A stretch of 64,000 nt of DNA, from positions 65,482-129,481 of IMG/VR virus record IMGVR_UViG_3300042448_001253. One strand, 5' to 3'. Made by a program: the position numbers and the translations under genes. This document shows positions 9,719 to 19,319 of the stretch, piece by piece (within the stretch, counting starts at the first letter, position 1; each line of letters begins with the position of its first letter). Under the pieces are notes generated by a model. It saw nothing but the letters and a program-made list of their open reading frames with translations, searched no databases and had not been told where the DNA came from. The DNA comes from a virus.

Positions 9719-11562
9719 TATAGGGTGCCTTTCTTAGGAAGTAGGTCAGCGTCAGGGCTGTTGTAAAGAGCAGATGCAAGAACGGCTGCACGCTCAAATG
9801 GGTTTTCGTTATTCTTGATTCCACGAATCCAAGCAGCACGAATTGCTGGGATGGTTTCGTATCCGAGACCAGAGTATTCCGCTAGTGCAAATACTGCGTG
9901 CTCTTGAGACTCGTACTCATCCTCAGGGAGAATGGATACAGTCAAAGCTTCTTCATACTTAGTCAAACCAGAGGCAGTCATACCTTCTGAAGACATAGAG
10001 GATTTAGAGTGTGTTGTTGGTAGTAAATCGTTGTCTGCTGTGTAGCTGCTGTTTTTTGGTTCGCCAGCTTTTAGCAAGTGTGAGAAAGCAGCAACACGAG
10101 ACATTGCTAGCTTATCACGCTCTTGGTCCGGTTTGCCAGAGGCAGCAAAGGCTCCAGCACCACGGCGATAAACAGCCTTGAACATGTCTAGGGTTGCTAG
10201 ACAGCTCTCGTCTGCTGTGGCGTTGTGCTCTACGAGCTTTTGACGTAGGGAGAGTTCGGTACTCCTTGAGTAGCGAATCTTTTTAGGGTTTGACATTACG
10301 GTCTCCAAGTTCGGTCCTTTGCTAGGTTTCTTGATGGCTCCCTTTACTAGAACTGGAAGGATGGTTCCGGCTCCTCCAGATGCAACTGCAGCCTCTTCTT
10401 CGGCGTATCTGTAAACTTTAGCTCTAATCGATTCTTTACCTTGAAGTCTGTGAGCAACTGTTCTGTGGTGGCCGTCGATAACTCGAGCCCCATCCTGAGT
10501 CATCCAAACCTTGATTGGTTTGTCAGAGTCATATACGTCTTCAACTCTACGCATGTTTACTGTTCTCTGAGTTGGGGAGAGGTCGCTAAGCTTCATGTCA
10601 TACTCGTCGTATGGCTCGTCTTCTTCGCAACGAGACTTTACTCTAGGGCTCATTTTCTTGTAAGACTTGTTGAAGTAGACGCCAGTGTTGACATCTTTAT
10701 CTTCGCCAATAGGAGCCTTAGATACGTCAACTACGCCATCCGGGATTACAGCAAAACGGCACTTGCCTTCAGACTCAACTTCAAAGTCAATAATAGCACA
10801 TTCGGAGCCGCCGCGGTAGAGAACGCAGTTCCCACACTTGACGCCCATGGAAGCGTATTCGTTTTCTGCAGCTGGCTTGTAGCCTGCCCAGATTCCAGTT
10901 CTGTCTTCGTTGAACTTTCCGTGCTCTTCAGCAATTTCGATAAGAGCATCAGCTAGGTCCCACTCTTCTTCAACGATATATCCTGCAGCAGCGATAGCCT
11001 CTTCTGCTGTCTGGTCTTCGTCTACTACAGGACCGCCGACTGCCCAGGCATTACAGGTTCTAGATGCAGCACACTTGAAGTCAAGAGCGGTGCAATAGCC
11101 AAGCTCAGCTTTGTCAATCGCACCCCAAGCACTGTCGTCTCCTGAACCACCTTCAGCGATTCCAGTTTCGATACACTCTAGGGTCTTCTGACGGATGTCA
11201 AAGAATACGCAGTTACCACAGATGCTCTTTTTAGATTCTTCAGGAGATACAGACCACTTGTCTGCTTTGTCTTGCCAGAACTCAGTGCTAGGCTCTTTTG
11301 GATTTAGAGGCCCGTAGCCAACGTTGTCAATAGCGTTTTGTCTGTTGTTGATGTTTAGAACAATGTCTTGAGTAGCAGGAGGACACTCGTCCCCGTAATC
11401 AGCGTCAGCGGTAAGTGCGGTGTCTGGTACGCAGTTAGGTACCATCTTTCCGTTCTTCTCTTTCATGCCGATTTGCTTATAGCCTTTCCAGCACGGGTCG
11501 TCCGCTGATGCGTTCATTGCATCAGGGCTAATCGGAATGCTCTCTAGAAAGTAGTCAGACAT
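9718..11562 (-). CDS. 614-aa multidomain head-module protein (PCWKGY..GMK..VPNCVP motif, two 4-Cys HiPIP-like motifs, ParB-like IDGHHR domain)
   Basis: Motifs CGNCVFF..C..C..CNAW, CGNCVLY..C..KCRF and VIDGHHRTVA are visible in the translation. Confidence 0.7.
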   Translation of the reverse strand: MSDYFLESIPISPDAMNASADDPCWKGYKQIGMKEKNGKMVPNCVPDTALTADADYGDECPPATQDIVLNINNRQNAIDNVGYGPLNPKEPSTEFWQDKADKWSVSPEESKKSICGNCVFFDIRQKTLECIETGIAEGGSGDDSAWGAIDKAELGYCTALDFKCAASRTCNAWAVGGPVVDEDQTAEEAIAAAGYIVEEEWDLADALIEIAEEHGKFNEDRTGIWAGYKPAAENEYASMGVKCGNCVLYRGGSECAIIDFEVESEGKCRFAVIPDGVVDVSKAPIGEDKDVNTGVYFNKSYKKMSPRVKSRCEEDEPYDEYDMKLSDLSPTQRTVNMRRVEDVYDSDKPIKVWMTQDGARVIDGHHRTVAHRLQGKESIRAKVYRYAEEEAAVASGGAGTILPVLVKGAIKKPSKGPNLETVMSNPKKIRYSRSTELSLRQKLVEHNATADESCLATLDMFKAVYRRGAGAFAASGKPDQERDKLAMSRVAAFSHLLKAGEPKNSSYTADNDLLPTTHSKSSMSSEGMTASGLTKYEEALTVSILPEDEYESQEHAVFALAEYSGLGYETIPAIRAAWIRGIKNNENPFERAAVLASALYNSPDADLLPKKGTL

Positions 11563-11570
11563 GGGGTATC

Positions 11571-12059
11571 TTACATGCCCAACTTAACGCTTGCACCTAG
11601 CTGCCAGTTCCACTTCTGGTGCATGTCAATGCGTCCAGCTAGTGTGTCGGCGATGCCTTGCTCGTTGCAGTTGTTTGCAACATTGAAAGCTTTCTTTAGG
11701 CACTTTAGAATAGATGCGTTTACATCGTATAGAGATAGAAGCATGGCAGCAGAGTCAGAAGAAATTCTGGCTGGCTCACGAACATCTGAAATCTCAACAA
11801 AGTCTGTTAGTAGGTACGGAGCGTCGTAGCCTAGCTTGCGAATGCTTTCGCCTAGCGGGTCAATAGCACTTTCGTAGTCTTCGTAAATCTCTCCAAAGAA
11901 ATCGTGCAACTGAGAAAACTCGATGCCCTTTACATTCCAGTGGTAGCCCTGAGCAATGAACTTAGCAAGTACTGTGCTGCTTAGGCAGATAGCAAGATGC
12001 TTAGCTAAGTCGGTATTACCTTTGTAATCATCGTTTAGTTCTAGGTCTAGATTATTCAT
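11571..12059 (-). CDS. dps: Dps / DNA-binding ferritin-like protein
   Basis: GYHWNVKGIEFSQLHDFFGEIYE...D..GESIRKLG matches the Dps signature; 162 aa. Confidence 0.9.
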   Translation of the reverse strand: MNNLDLELNDDYKGNTDLAKHLAICLSSTVLAKFIAQGYHWNVKGIEFSQLHDFFGEIYEDYESAIDPLGESIRKLGYDAPYLLTDFVEISDVREPARISSDSAAMLLSLYDVNASILKCLKKAFNVANNCNEQGIADTLAGRIDMHQKWNWQLGASVKLGM

Positions 12060-12062
12060 TTA

Positions 12063-13853
12063 TTACTCCTGAAGGATTGGTTCGGCCAGTCCTGGAGGAG
12101 CTGGCGGAGCGGCTACCGGAGCGGCTGGCTGTTCGGTAGGTGGAGTTGTCGCTTCTGTAGCTGTAGGCGTAGGTATATTGCTAGGGGTAGCAGGGTTTAG
12201 TAAGTTCTGAATCTCTGGCGGCACTGGTGCTACGGAGTTCTCCTGAGCCTTTGCACGAGTAGCTTCCATAATAGATGGAGCAACTACACCAAGCATTGCC
12301 TCAGTAAGTTCAGGTGTGATAGCACCCTTGTCGATTACAAGACGAAGTGCAAGCTCTAGTGGGCTAGGTGCGTCTTGGTCTGAGAACCCGTGAGCACGTC
12401 TCCAAGTGTCGTAGCTAACAGCCATCTTGCCAAAGCCGTTGTCAGCGTCTGCTGCACGGTCATTACGAGTTGCAACCTGTGATGGGTCGTACCAAATAAC
12501 AAGGCGGTTTACTTCTGACTCTGGGTAGCCTAGAGAGATTAGGTAAGGGCGTAGGTAGACGACAGTAAACGCATCTGAGATAAGAAGCATCAGCGGTTCG
12601 ATGTGTGCCTTGTATAGGCTCTCGTCAATCTGTAGGGCGTTTGAGTACTTGACGTTAGCTAGACCTGAAACGATATCCTTAGGAACATCTAGACCTTGCA
12701 TGATGCGTTCTAGAACACGCTCTGAACGCTCAGCTAGGGATGGGTCGAATGAACGCTCAAACTTGAACTGCTTGATTTTATCGCCGAGCTCAGCAGGTCC
12801 ACGAATAATAAGTGGCACAACTGCGGACGCTGAATCCTCGTCCTTGATAGGAGTAAGCATTGCGTCAATAAGTTGGTCTTCAAAATCGTCAGCAGCTTCT
12901 TCAGCGTTGTACTGTTCGTTGTAGTTGCCTTCTTCGTCGTAAGGGTAGTCAGGGTCTGGAGCAGATGCAACAGAAAGACCATCTGGTAGATACAAAGCAC
13001 CAGCGTTCAGACGTGAGCGGGCAGTCGCACGGAAAGTGCGGTTTAGAAGTAGTAGTTCAGCACAAAGGTCTAGAAGACCACGGAGGCTTGAATCTGATTC
13101 TTGGCTGTAGCGTGGGTGTGATTTCCAGATACGTCCGATGAAAGCATTGTTCGGTAGGCGGATAACATCAGCACCACCAGTCGACATCATAGATGAACCT
13201 GTAGAGATATCTCTACGAGGGTTGATGATGTAGTTTCCCTTTTGGTCAATCTGAAGTTCGTCAGTTGAGCGGATGTCCCAGCTCTCAGGAAGTCCAGTAC
13301 CGATTCGCTCTGGAACCTGAACTAGGTAGCACTCACCTGTAACCTGTAGGTTTAGGGCACAGTCCTTTAGCAGACCTGCCTGACCTCCGTAGGCTGAGTC
13401 AAGACGCTCTAGTGCACGTTCGGCAGCTGCAGCTAAGTCTTTATCAACAACGTTCGATTTGCGAACAGTGATAGGAGCTTCTGATGGGTCTTCAACAATC
13501 GCAGCGTAAAGACGGATACGAGATACAACTGAGGCAACAAGGTTGAATGCGTACTTGACTTCACCAATAGCGTCATAGTACTCCCACGCTTCAGTTTGCC
13601 AAGCTGTCGATGCTGCTTGACGACGGGACTTGAAATATTGTGCCTCACCCTTGTCGTTCATCTTGATTTGAACAGCGGCGGCAGTTAGAGGACGTGGCTG
13701 GTTGTAGCCAGCAGGTTGTGCGTAAACGATTCCGAAAGAATCTACATAAGGAGCAGGGGATACTGGTCTAGAGCCTGGAGCAGATGCTCTTAGCTGAGGT
13801 CTAGCTTGCGCTTGGCGTGGTTCTTTACCTGGTTCACGCTTGAAAATGCCCAA
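12063..13853 (-). CDS. Portal protein (actinophage type)
   Basis: 596 aa, downstream of TerL; W.YYDAIGEVKYAFN..ASVVSRIRLY N-terminal segment and Pro-rich tail as recalled for actinophage portals. Confidence 0.7.
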   Translation of the reverse strand: MGIFKREPGKEPRQAQARPQLRASAPGSRPVSPAPYVDSFGIVYAQPAGYNQPRPLTAAAVQIKMNDKGEAQYFKSRRQAASTAWQTEAWEYYDAIGEVKYAFNLVASVVSRIRLYAAIVEDPSEAPITVRKSNVVDKDLAAAAERALERLDSAYGGQAGLLKDCALNLQVTGECYLVQVPERIGTGLPESWDIRSTDELQIDQKGNYIINPRRDISTGSSMMSTGGADVIRLPNNAFIGRIWKSHPRYSQESDSSLRGLLDLCAELLLLNRTFRATARSRLNAGALYLPDGLSVASAPDPDYPYDEEGNYNEQYNAEEAADDFEDQLIDAMLTPIKDEDSASAVVPLIIRGPAELGDKIKQFKFERSFDPSLAERSERVLERIMQGLDVPKDIVSGLANVKYSNALQIDESLYKAHIEPLMLLISDAFTVVYLRPYLISLGYPESEVNRLVIWYDPSQVATRNDRAADADNGFGKMAVSYDTWRRAHGFSDQDAPSPLELALRLVIDKGAITPELTEAMLGVVAPSIMEATRAKAQENSVAPVPPEIQNLLNPATPSNIPTPTATEATTPPTEQPAAPVAAPPAPPGLAEPILQE

Positions 13854-13890
13854 AGGGGACTCCCTGTCTTAGTTTAACGGAACGAACTGA

Positions 13891-14178
13891 TTATCTAATT
13901 CGTGCGGCTAAGTAACCAACAATAGTTGATATTGCTAGAACTAATGATACCACAACTGTAGGATACGGAATTAGAAGGTATGAAGAAATAAGTATAGTGG
14001 ACACCCAGATGCTCGTACACCAGTCGCAGGTGATTAGGTAGCCAAGATTTATCTTGTCGGGCGAAAATTTGTTCCAAATCTTTTCTCGCAGAGGAGAGAA
14101 GATAGTGTCCGTTGTGATTAGACGAGTAAGTCGGTGAGCTGCAAGAGCAAGAATGATAAAAGTGAATACGTCTGGCAT
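13891..14178 (-). CDS. DUF1360-like small membrane protein
   Basis: LITCDWCTSIW motif between hydrophobic helices; start reassigned to MPDVF (14178). Confidence 0.6.
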   Translation of the reverse strand: MPDVFTFIILALAAHRLTRLITTDTIFSPLREKIWNKFSPDKINLGYLITCDWCTSIWVSTILISSYLLIPYPTVVVSLVLAISTIVGYLAARIR

Positions 14179-14180
14179 AG

Positions 14181-14540
14181 TTAGTCTCTGTTCGATGCTA
14201 AAGTCTTGTACGGATTCCAAGAACGGAGGCGTGAACCACATCCGCAAGAGGAATCACGCTTGAATGCAACCATCTTACCGGACTTTGTTACGAGTCTGTA
14301 GGTTGGGTCGTTCGGATGGTTAGTCAAAAACATGTCGTAGTCCTCTTGGAACACGATTTTTGGCCCTTCAGGGCTGTCAATGGCAACAATTACGGTGGTT
14401 TCAGTCAAAACTACCCTCGCAGTACCCACGTAGTAGACGTTTTCCTGCTCTGCGTTGGCATAAAGGGTCTCTATGTTGTCAACTACGCCCGGAGCGGCAA
14501 AAGTGGAGTGTGCAGGGAAAATATCCTCAATAATACGCAT
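14181..14540 (-). CDS. Hypothetical protein (CGCGSRLRSW motif)
   Basis: ORF coupled to TerL by TAATG. Confidence 0.7.
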   Translation of the reverse strand: MRIIEDIFPAHSTFAAPGVVDNIETLYANAEQENVYYVGTARVVLTETTVIVAIDSPEGPKIVFQEDYDMFLTNHPNDPTYRLVTKSGKMVAFKRDSSCGCGSRLRSWNPYKTLASNRD

Positions 14541-15928
14541 TATCTGACCCTAAAAGTGCTGCTAGAACCTGGCATACGCCTGTTTGCCATCGATTTTGCC
14601 CTGATTTTGCCTCCTGAGAAGCCTGGTGGTGGCTTAATAAGCAGTGCAGTAAGGGCGTGAACGAGTGCATCGACTCGGTCAGGGGATTTTCCTTCGCCTG
14701 GAATCCATGTAATCATCTGAGTTTCGAGGTCCATCATCGAACGGCCGACGTGGTGGACTCTTTCTTGGTCGTAAGCCATCGTAATTGGCTCTGCACGGAG
14801 TGCTTTACCCTGTTTCGAGTGAACTTCGAGCACTTTGATGGTCGGGTCAATGGTATTGATAGCGTTTCTAACTAGTGCACCACCCTGATTTACCTCGGCA
14901 ACAACAGGACAACCCCATTTACGGGCCATTTCAACGACTTTACGAGCCCAAACTTCAGGAGAACCGTGAATAGAAGCGTCTTCTAGAACCCAAGCGTTGC
15001 GTTTGTAAAGGTCATGTTCTGCTGTAGAGGCTACAACAACGATTCCGCACTCGTCTCTAGGGTTTTCAGCAACGGATGGGTCAACGCCGATTACACGCAA
15101 AGGTGTAGACATAGGGTAGGCAAAGTGTCTAGATGCCTCAATGGACTCTTCTGTCCACATCGCACCATCTCTAGCCTCAAGCATTTCACCGTAAAGCTCT
15201 TGACGAGCAAGGGCAGTACCCTCGTAAACGCCGAGCATGGTGTCGAGGTAGGCTCCGGAGAGGTTTCCTGCGTTGTCCATGGTAGAACCCTTAGTAATGA
15301 CAACCTTGCCATTTTTAGATTCTTCAATAAGTTTGTAGAGTAGTGGGGTTCGCTTAGGGGTAGTTGTAACTAAAATCTTTGGCTGAGCACCAAGACGAGT
15401 TCCAACACGCAAGTTATCAAAAGCAGTCATACCTGCAGCATCCGGAGTTTGACGCCAAGCTGCAATCTCATCGCCCCATGCGTGAGTGAACTGAGGTCCA
15501 CGGAGAGAGTCTGGTTCGTCAGCAGTAAATAGCGAGGCAACGTTTCCGTTCGGCCAGGTTAGGCGTCTCTTAGATGGCTCGTAGAGTGGACGTTCGCTGG
15601 GTGGGGTGACATTCATAATACCAGATTCACCTTCAACGATAACGTCTCGCACGTCTCCAGCAGTACGGGCAACGAGAGCAAAGCGTCGCTGACCAGTTGT
15701 AGTGTATCGAGCCTGTTCACGCACCCATTCGGACGCTAGACGAGTCTTACCAAAACCACGACCTGCTAGTACAAGCCAGACGTTCCACTCACCTTCGGGT
15801 GCTTGCTGCTCAGGACGGCCCCAAACGGACCAGTCCCAGAGGAGTTGGTCTGGGTCCATGCCCGCAAGTATTTCGAAACGCTCTGCGTCTGGAAGTAGAG
15901 CGAGCTGCTCCATTATTGATTTACCCAT
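14540..15928 (-). CDS. terL: Terminase large subunit
   Basis: AGRGFGKT Walker A, LRGPQF, WGDEIAAW Walker B, nuclease GVDPS...KSPDRVDALVHA. Confidence 0.95.
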   Translation of the reverse strand: MGKSIMEQLALLPDAERFEILAGMDPDQLLWDWSVWGRPEQQAPEGEWNVWLVLAGRGFGKTRLASEWVREQARYTTTGQRRFALVARTAGDVRDVIVEGESGIMNVTPPSERPLYEPSKRRLTWPNGNVASLFTADEPDSLRGPQFTHAWGDEIAAWRQTPDAAGMTAFDNLRVGTRLGAQPKILVTTTPKRTPLLYKLIEESKNGKVVITKGSTMDNAGNLSGAYLDTMLGVYEGTALARQELYGEMLEARDGAMWTEESIEASRHFAYPMSTPLRVIGVDPSVAENPRDECGIVVVASTAEHDLYKRNAWVLEDASIHGSPEVWARKVVEMARKWGCPVVAEVNQGGALVRNAINTIDPTIKVLEVHSKQGKALRAEPITMAYDQERVHHVGRSMMDLETQMITWIPGEGKSPDRVDALVHALTALLIKPPPGFSGGKIRAKSMANRRMPGSSSTFRVR

Positions 15929-15937
15929 AAGACTATC

Positions 15938-16228
15938 CTAATCTAGAACTACTTCTCCTAGAGGGCAGTAGTCAACGTTTTTAGATTGTCTGGAGAGAAT
16001 AGCACCGTTGGTGTGATACTGAACAGAGATAGTTAGGTCGTGTTCCCACAACTTAGCGTGTCTTGAATTAGAAACTCTGTCTCCGCAAACAGAACACTTG
16101 CCGAACCAGAGGGCGTTATCTTTTCGGAACCCGTCCTCTGGGTTCATAACATCAAAGTTCAAACCTATTCCTCGTTCTCGAATATCTTGTTGAGGCAGAG
16201 AAAGAAGTTTGGCTGTATTGGTCAGCAT
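15938..16228 (-). CDS. Hypothetical protein (CxxC)
   Basis: 96-aa ORF coupled to the upstream gene. Confidence 0.6.
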   Translation of the reverse strand: MLTNTAKLLSLPQQDIRERGIGLNFDVMNPEDGFRKDNALWFGKCSVCGDRVSNSRHAKLWEHDLTISVQYHTNGAILSRQSKNVDYCPLGEVVLD

Positions 16229-16809
16229 TATCTTAGGCGGTTCTCAGCAAGAATCGGGTTGTAAACCTTAGAGGTTGCGTTGATTGGCTTCTTGTATCCG
16301 TAGCGAACCAAGCGGAAACGTAGAGCACCGTGGGTTACACCTAGACGCTTTGCAAGTCGGTAAAGGGTTACGCCTTCAACAACGTGAGCGTGGTTCAGAA
16401 GGGCTGTGTATTCTTCTGCCTCGGCACGGAACTTCTTACCATTCGAGCGAACCTGCTGAGCAAGTGGCTGTAGTTCTAGAAGGCGGGCTAAAGTCTCTGG
16501 AGTTGGCTCGATGTAGACAGGGCGGACACGCTCTGGCTTTACTGGAGGAGTAGGAATCGTGATTCCTGTGTCTAGAACCGCTGGGGTAATAGGAGTTGCG
16601 TTTGCAATCTGACGCACACGTTCACGAGTCAGGTGGGTTGCAGCTGCAATAGCCTCAAGGGTCCAGTGCTGGTTGCGTAGTTCACGGATTAGTTGGTCTC
16701 TAGTGTCAGAGTCAATAATGTCTTCGAACGCCTCAAAGATGTGCTGCGGCAGCATCTGGTTCTTTTTGATGTAGGCCGGGGTGGTGGCTGGGGTGGTAGT
16801 GATTGTCAT
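16228..16809 (-). CDS. Double-HTH DNA-binding protein
   Basis: WTLEAIAAATHLTRERVRQI (sigma region-4-like HTH) and VTLYRLAKRLGVTHGAL separated by a Pro-rich linker; paralog of 18423..18929. Confidence 0.75.
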   Translation of the reverse strand: MTITTTPATTPAYIKKNQMLPQHIFEAFEDIIDSDTRDQLIRELRNQHWTLEAIAAATHLTRERVRQIANATPITPAVLDTGITIPTPPVKPERVRPVYIEPTPETLARLLELQPLAQQVRSNGKKFRAEAEEYTALLNHAHVVEGVTLYRLAKRLGVTHGALRFRLVRYGYKKPINATSKVYNPILAENRLR

Positions 16810-16883
16810 GTTTTTCTTTCTGTTAGATTATGTAGTTTTGTATTTGTCGCTGTGTCATTTGATACTACTTTATAGGATTTAGT

Positions 16884-17222
16884 TTAGTCTGTCAAATCGG
16901 AGTTTGGCGTGTCTTTGGTTGGCTTCTTTTTAGGGGCTGGAGCCTTACGTGGGAAAGGGCGTTCTGAACGTCTTTCAGCAATGTGAACAGGAACTTCGGT
17001 GATGTCAACCTGAATCATGTTGTATTTGGTTTCGGCGTTCTTTACTGAAACGTCAACAACGTTGATACAAGCCTTGGTAAAGAAACTGATTTCTTCTATC
17101 TCTTTGATTAGGGTGTCTTCGGGGCAGGTAATAGCAATAGAGCAGTCAAACTTGTTGAATATCTCTGTTTCTGGAAGTGCTGACCGGTATTCTTGTGCGT
17201 TTTCAACTAGTAGTCGAATCAT
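16884..17222 (-). CDS. Hypothetical protein
   Basis: 112-aa ORF with AAAGAGAG SD-like sequence upstream. Confidence 0.6.
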   Translation of the reverse strand: MIRLLVENAQEYRSALPETEIFNKFDCSIAITCPEDTLIKEIEEISFFTKACINVVDVSVKNAETKYNMIQVDITEVPVHIAERRSERPFPRKAPAPKKKPTKDTPNSDLTD

Positions 17223-17245
17223 TTGGTGCTCTCTTTCTGTTTAGG

Positions 17246-17422
17246 TTACTTTTTTAGGCGGTAAAACTCTTCTTCGTCTTCTGGATAAAAGTCTTCTTCG
17301 TCATAGGTTCCGCCCTCGGATGCTCCGACAACGATAGCTAGAACAAAGATAGAAATAACTAGCGTAGCAATACCACCTAGAACGGTGAGAATAATGGTGA
17401 AGAACGGGGTCAAGTCAATCAT
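17246..17422 (-). CDS. Small single-TM protein (58 aa, not in track)
   Basis: MIDLTPFFTIILTVLGGIATLVIFLSFVLAIVV...EEFYRLKK; GGAG upstream. Confidence 0.6.
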   Translation of the reverse strand: MIDLTPFFTIILTVLGGIATLVISIFVLAIVVGASEGGTYDEEDFYPEDEEEFYRLKK

Positions 17423-17667
17423 TAGTTGCTCCTAGAAGAAAGGGTGGCAAGGGTCAAGGCGGTTAGGCCGAGGGCAATAGGTGCGGCGACGTTTTCAGGT
17501 GCGAGTACTGCTGACAAGATGGCAGACGCCCCTAAGAGAACGGCGGAGACAGCGGACCAAGAAATGGACCTAAGAGTAATTAGTAGTTTTATCATGTGGA
17601 TATCCTAGCATAAAAGTAGGGGAAGTGTTGTTGGGACAGTTTTCAGTCGTGTCCCAGGACTCTTAGC

Positions 17668-18252
17668 CTAGAGGACGGGTGTGGATTTAGCCTCAGGCTG
17701 TGGAACGACTCTCACAAAACGAATCTGACTATTTTTATAGTTAGACAGTGGTTCGATAACTGTTGTTTTGCGTTGCTGGTGAGCATGAACAATTTTGCCA
17801 TTGCCGATGTAAATAGCCGAGTGGTAGAAACTGGTGCTGCCTTGGTAGGCGAATACAACAATGTCTCCAATCTTAGGCTTAGATACACGCTCTCCTACGT
17901 GGCCTTGTTTGTTAGCGGAGTGTGGGAGTTCCATACCGAAGTGTGTATAGGCCCAGCGGACCATACCCGAGCAATCCCAACCGTAGGGGGATGAACCAGA
18001 GAAGACATAAGACGTGCGATTTACACGAGTCTTCAGGTATTTTACAACCTTGGTCATTTTTACTTTATTACGTTGTAGCTTTTCTTTCAGTATTAGCGTT
18101 TTAGCGTAACTGATTGAAGGTGATGCAGTTTTTGTTACAGGCTTAGTGGCGGCTGCAGATACCCCCTTAGAGGGAGACTCTGCAAACACTGCTGAGGCTG
18201 AACATCCAGCTAGGGTCAGCAGTATTACTGACGCAACAATGGACTTTTTCAT
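17668..18252 (-). CDS. Secreted NlpC/P60 peptidoglycan endopeptidase
   Basis: Signal peptide; WDCSGMV (catalytic Cys), HSAIYIGNGKIVHA (His). Confidence 0.9.
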   Translation of the reverse strand: MKKSIVASVILLTLAGCSASAVFAESPSKGVSAAATKPVTKTASPSISYAKTLILKEKLQRNKVKMTKVVKYLKTRVNRTSYVFSGSSPYGWDCSGMVRWAYTHFGMELPHSANKQGHVGERVSKPKIGDIVVFAYQGSTSFYHSAIYIGNGKIVHAHQQRKTTVIEPLSNYKNSQIRFVRVVPQPEAKSTPVL

Positions 18253-18422
18253 TGGCGACCTTACCTTTCATTTCTTTAGTACTGGGGTCGTTTATTGTCG
18301 AAGTGACATTCTCTATTCAGTTGTGATGGTACTTGGTATAGAAAAGAGCCTATCTAACTTTTAGTGTCAGACAAGCTCTCCACTTAAAATGCTAGCACAC
18401 TTTCTGTGGGGGGTGGTTCGAA

Positions 18423-18929
18423 TTAGCGTTTTACGCGTTTTGACATTGCTCTGTAAGTGACTCCAGCAGCGTTAGCAAGCTCACGTATTGGCACTCCAGA
18501 AGTATAGAGGCGGACGCATATCCCTGTCAAACGGTCGTTGGCGACGGCTGCTGCAGAGGCGTTTGGCATCTTTGAGCGGTACTGGCGGGCAATAGGGGCG
18601 AGCTCCTGAATCAGGGTCAGCTCGTCCGGAAGAATGCCTGGAGATGCAGGACGTCTGGACTGGTAGCCGTCTGGGTGGGTGGCGTAGTTCGGAGATGGGA
18701 GTGGGGCAGGGGCTGGACGCTCAGAAGTTGGCAGTTGGTAGCGTAGGACCCAAGACCGGACGGTGGAGCGAGAGCGTGGAGGGGTAAGAGAGTCGCCGAT
18801 AGATTGGAGAGTCCAGCCTTGGCGGTAGAGTTCGTTGGCTCTTTGAATAAGGGCATCTTGGTCGAGAGAGTTTAGATACTCTACTTCTTGCTGAGGGAGC
18901 GCTTGATTACGGGCGGGTCTTCTATCCAT
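18423..18929 (-). CDS. Double-HTH DNA-binding protein, leaderless
   Basis: GWTLQSIG...RSTVRSW and VPIRELANAAGVTYRAM; TATGAT -10 box 6 nt before ATG. Confidence 0.75.
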   Translation of the reverse strand: MDRRPARNQALPQQEVEYLNSLDQDALIQRANELYRQGWTLQSIGDSLTPPRSRSTVRSWVLRYQLPTSERPAPAPLPSPNYATHPDGYQSRRPASPGILPDELTLIQELAPIARQYRSKMPNASAAAVANDRLTGICVRLYTSGVPIRELANAAGVTYRAMSKRVKR

Positions 18930-19089
18930 GTAACTATCATAGCAGGCCGAGGAATGTGTACTGTACTAAATCTATGATACCTTAGCGACTAAGTGCTTTT
19001 GGCGTGTGAGAGGGTAGCGCATACAATTTGCGTTCCCCCAATTTGTTTCCTGTCGGCATTTTTTAAACCCGTCCCGTCCTACAAAATAC

Positions 19090-19301
19090 TTACCTAGGTA
19101 AATAAAAGTCATTAGGATACGAACGACCAAACCAGACTAACAACTGAAAAAAACCGCACCCCCACAGCAACAAATTAAAAACAGATTACTTACCTAGGTA
19201 AATAAAAATAAAAATAAAAAAAGTTATTGAGATACAAATACTTACCTAGGTAAATAAAAACAATCTACTAAGCAAGTAAAAATAAATACTTACTTAGATA
19301 A
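19090..19301. repeat. Repeated 12-bp palindrome TTACCTAGGTAA in AT-rich context
   Basis: Exact at 19090, 19190, 19242; degenerate TTACTTAGATAA at 19290; each followed by ATAAAA. TCATTAGGA(T/C)AC repeats near 19109, 19322, 19357. Confidence 0.9.
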
Positions 19302-19319
19302 ATAAAAATAATAATTAAT

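Noticed and set aside
2073-16875. Antisense or nested track ORFs in the head module (2073, 2994, 4544, 5587, 10441, 12601, 14316 and similar)
   Set aside because: Shadows of long minus-strand genes with recognisable motifs.
18250-18420. c-di-AMP (ydaO) riboswitch upstream of NlpC/P60
   Set aside because: I could not find the conserved ydaO blocks; kept only as a generic structured region.
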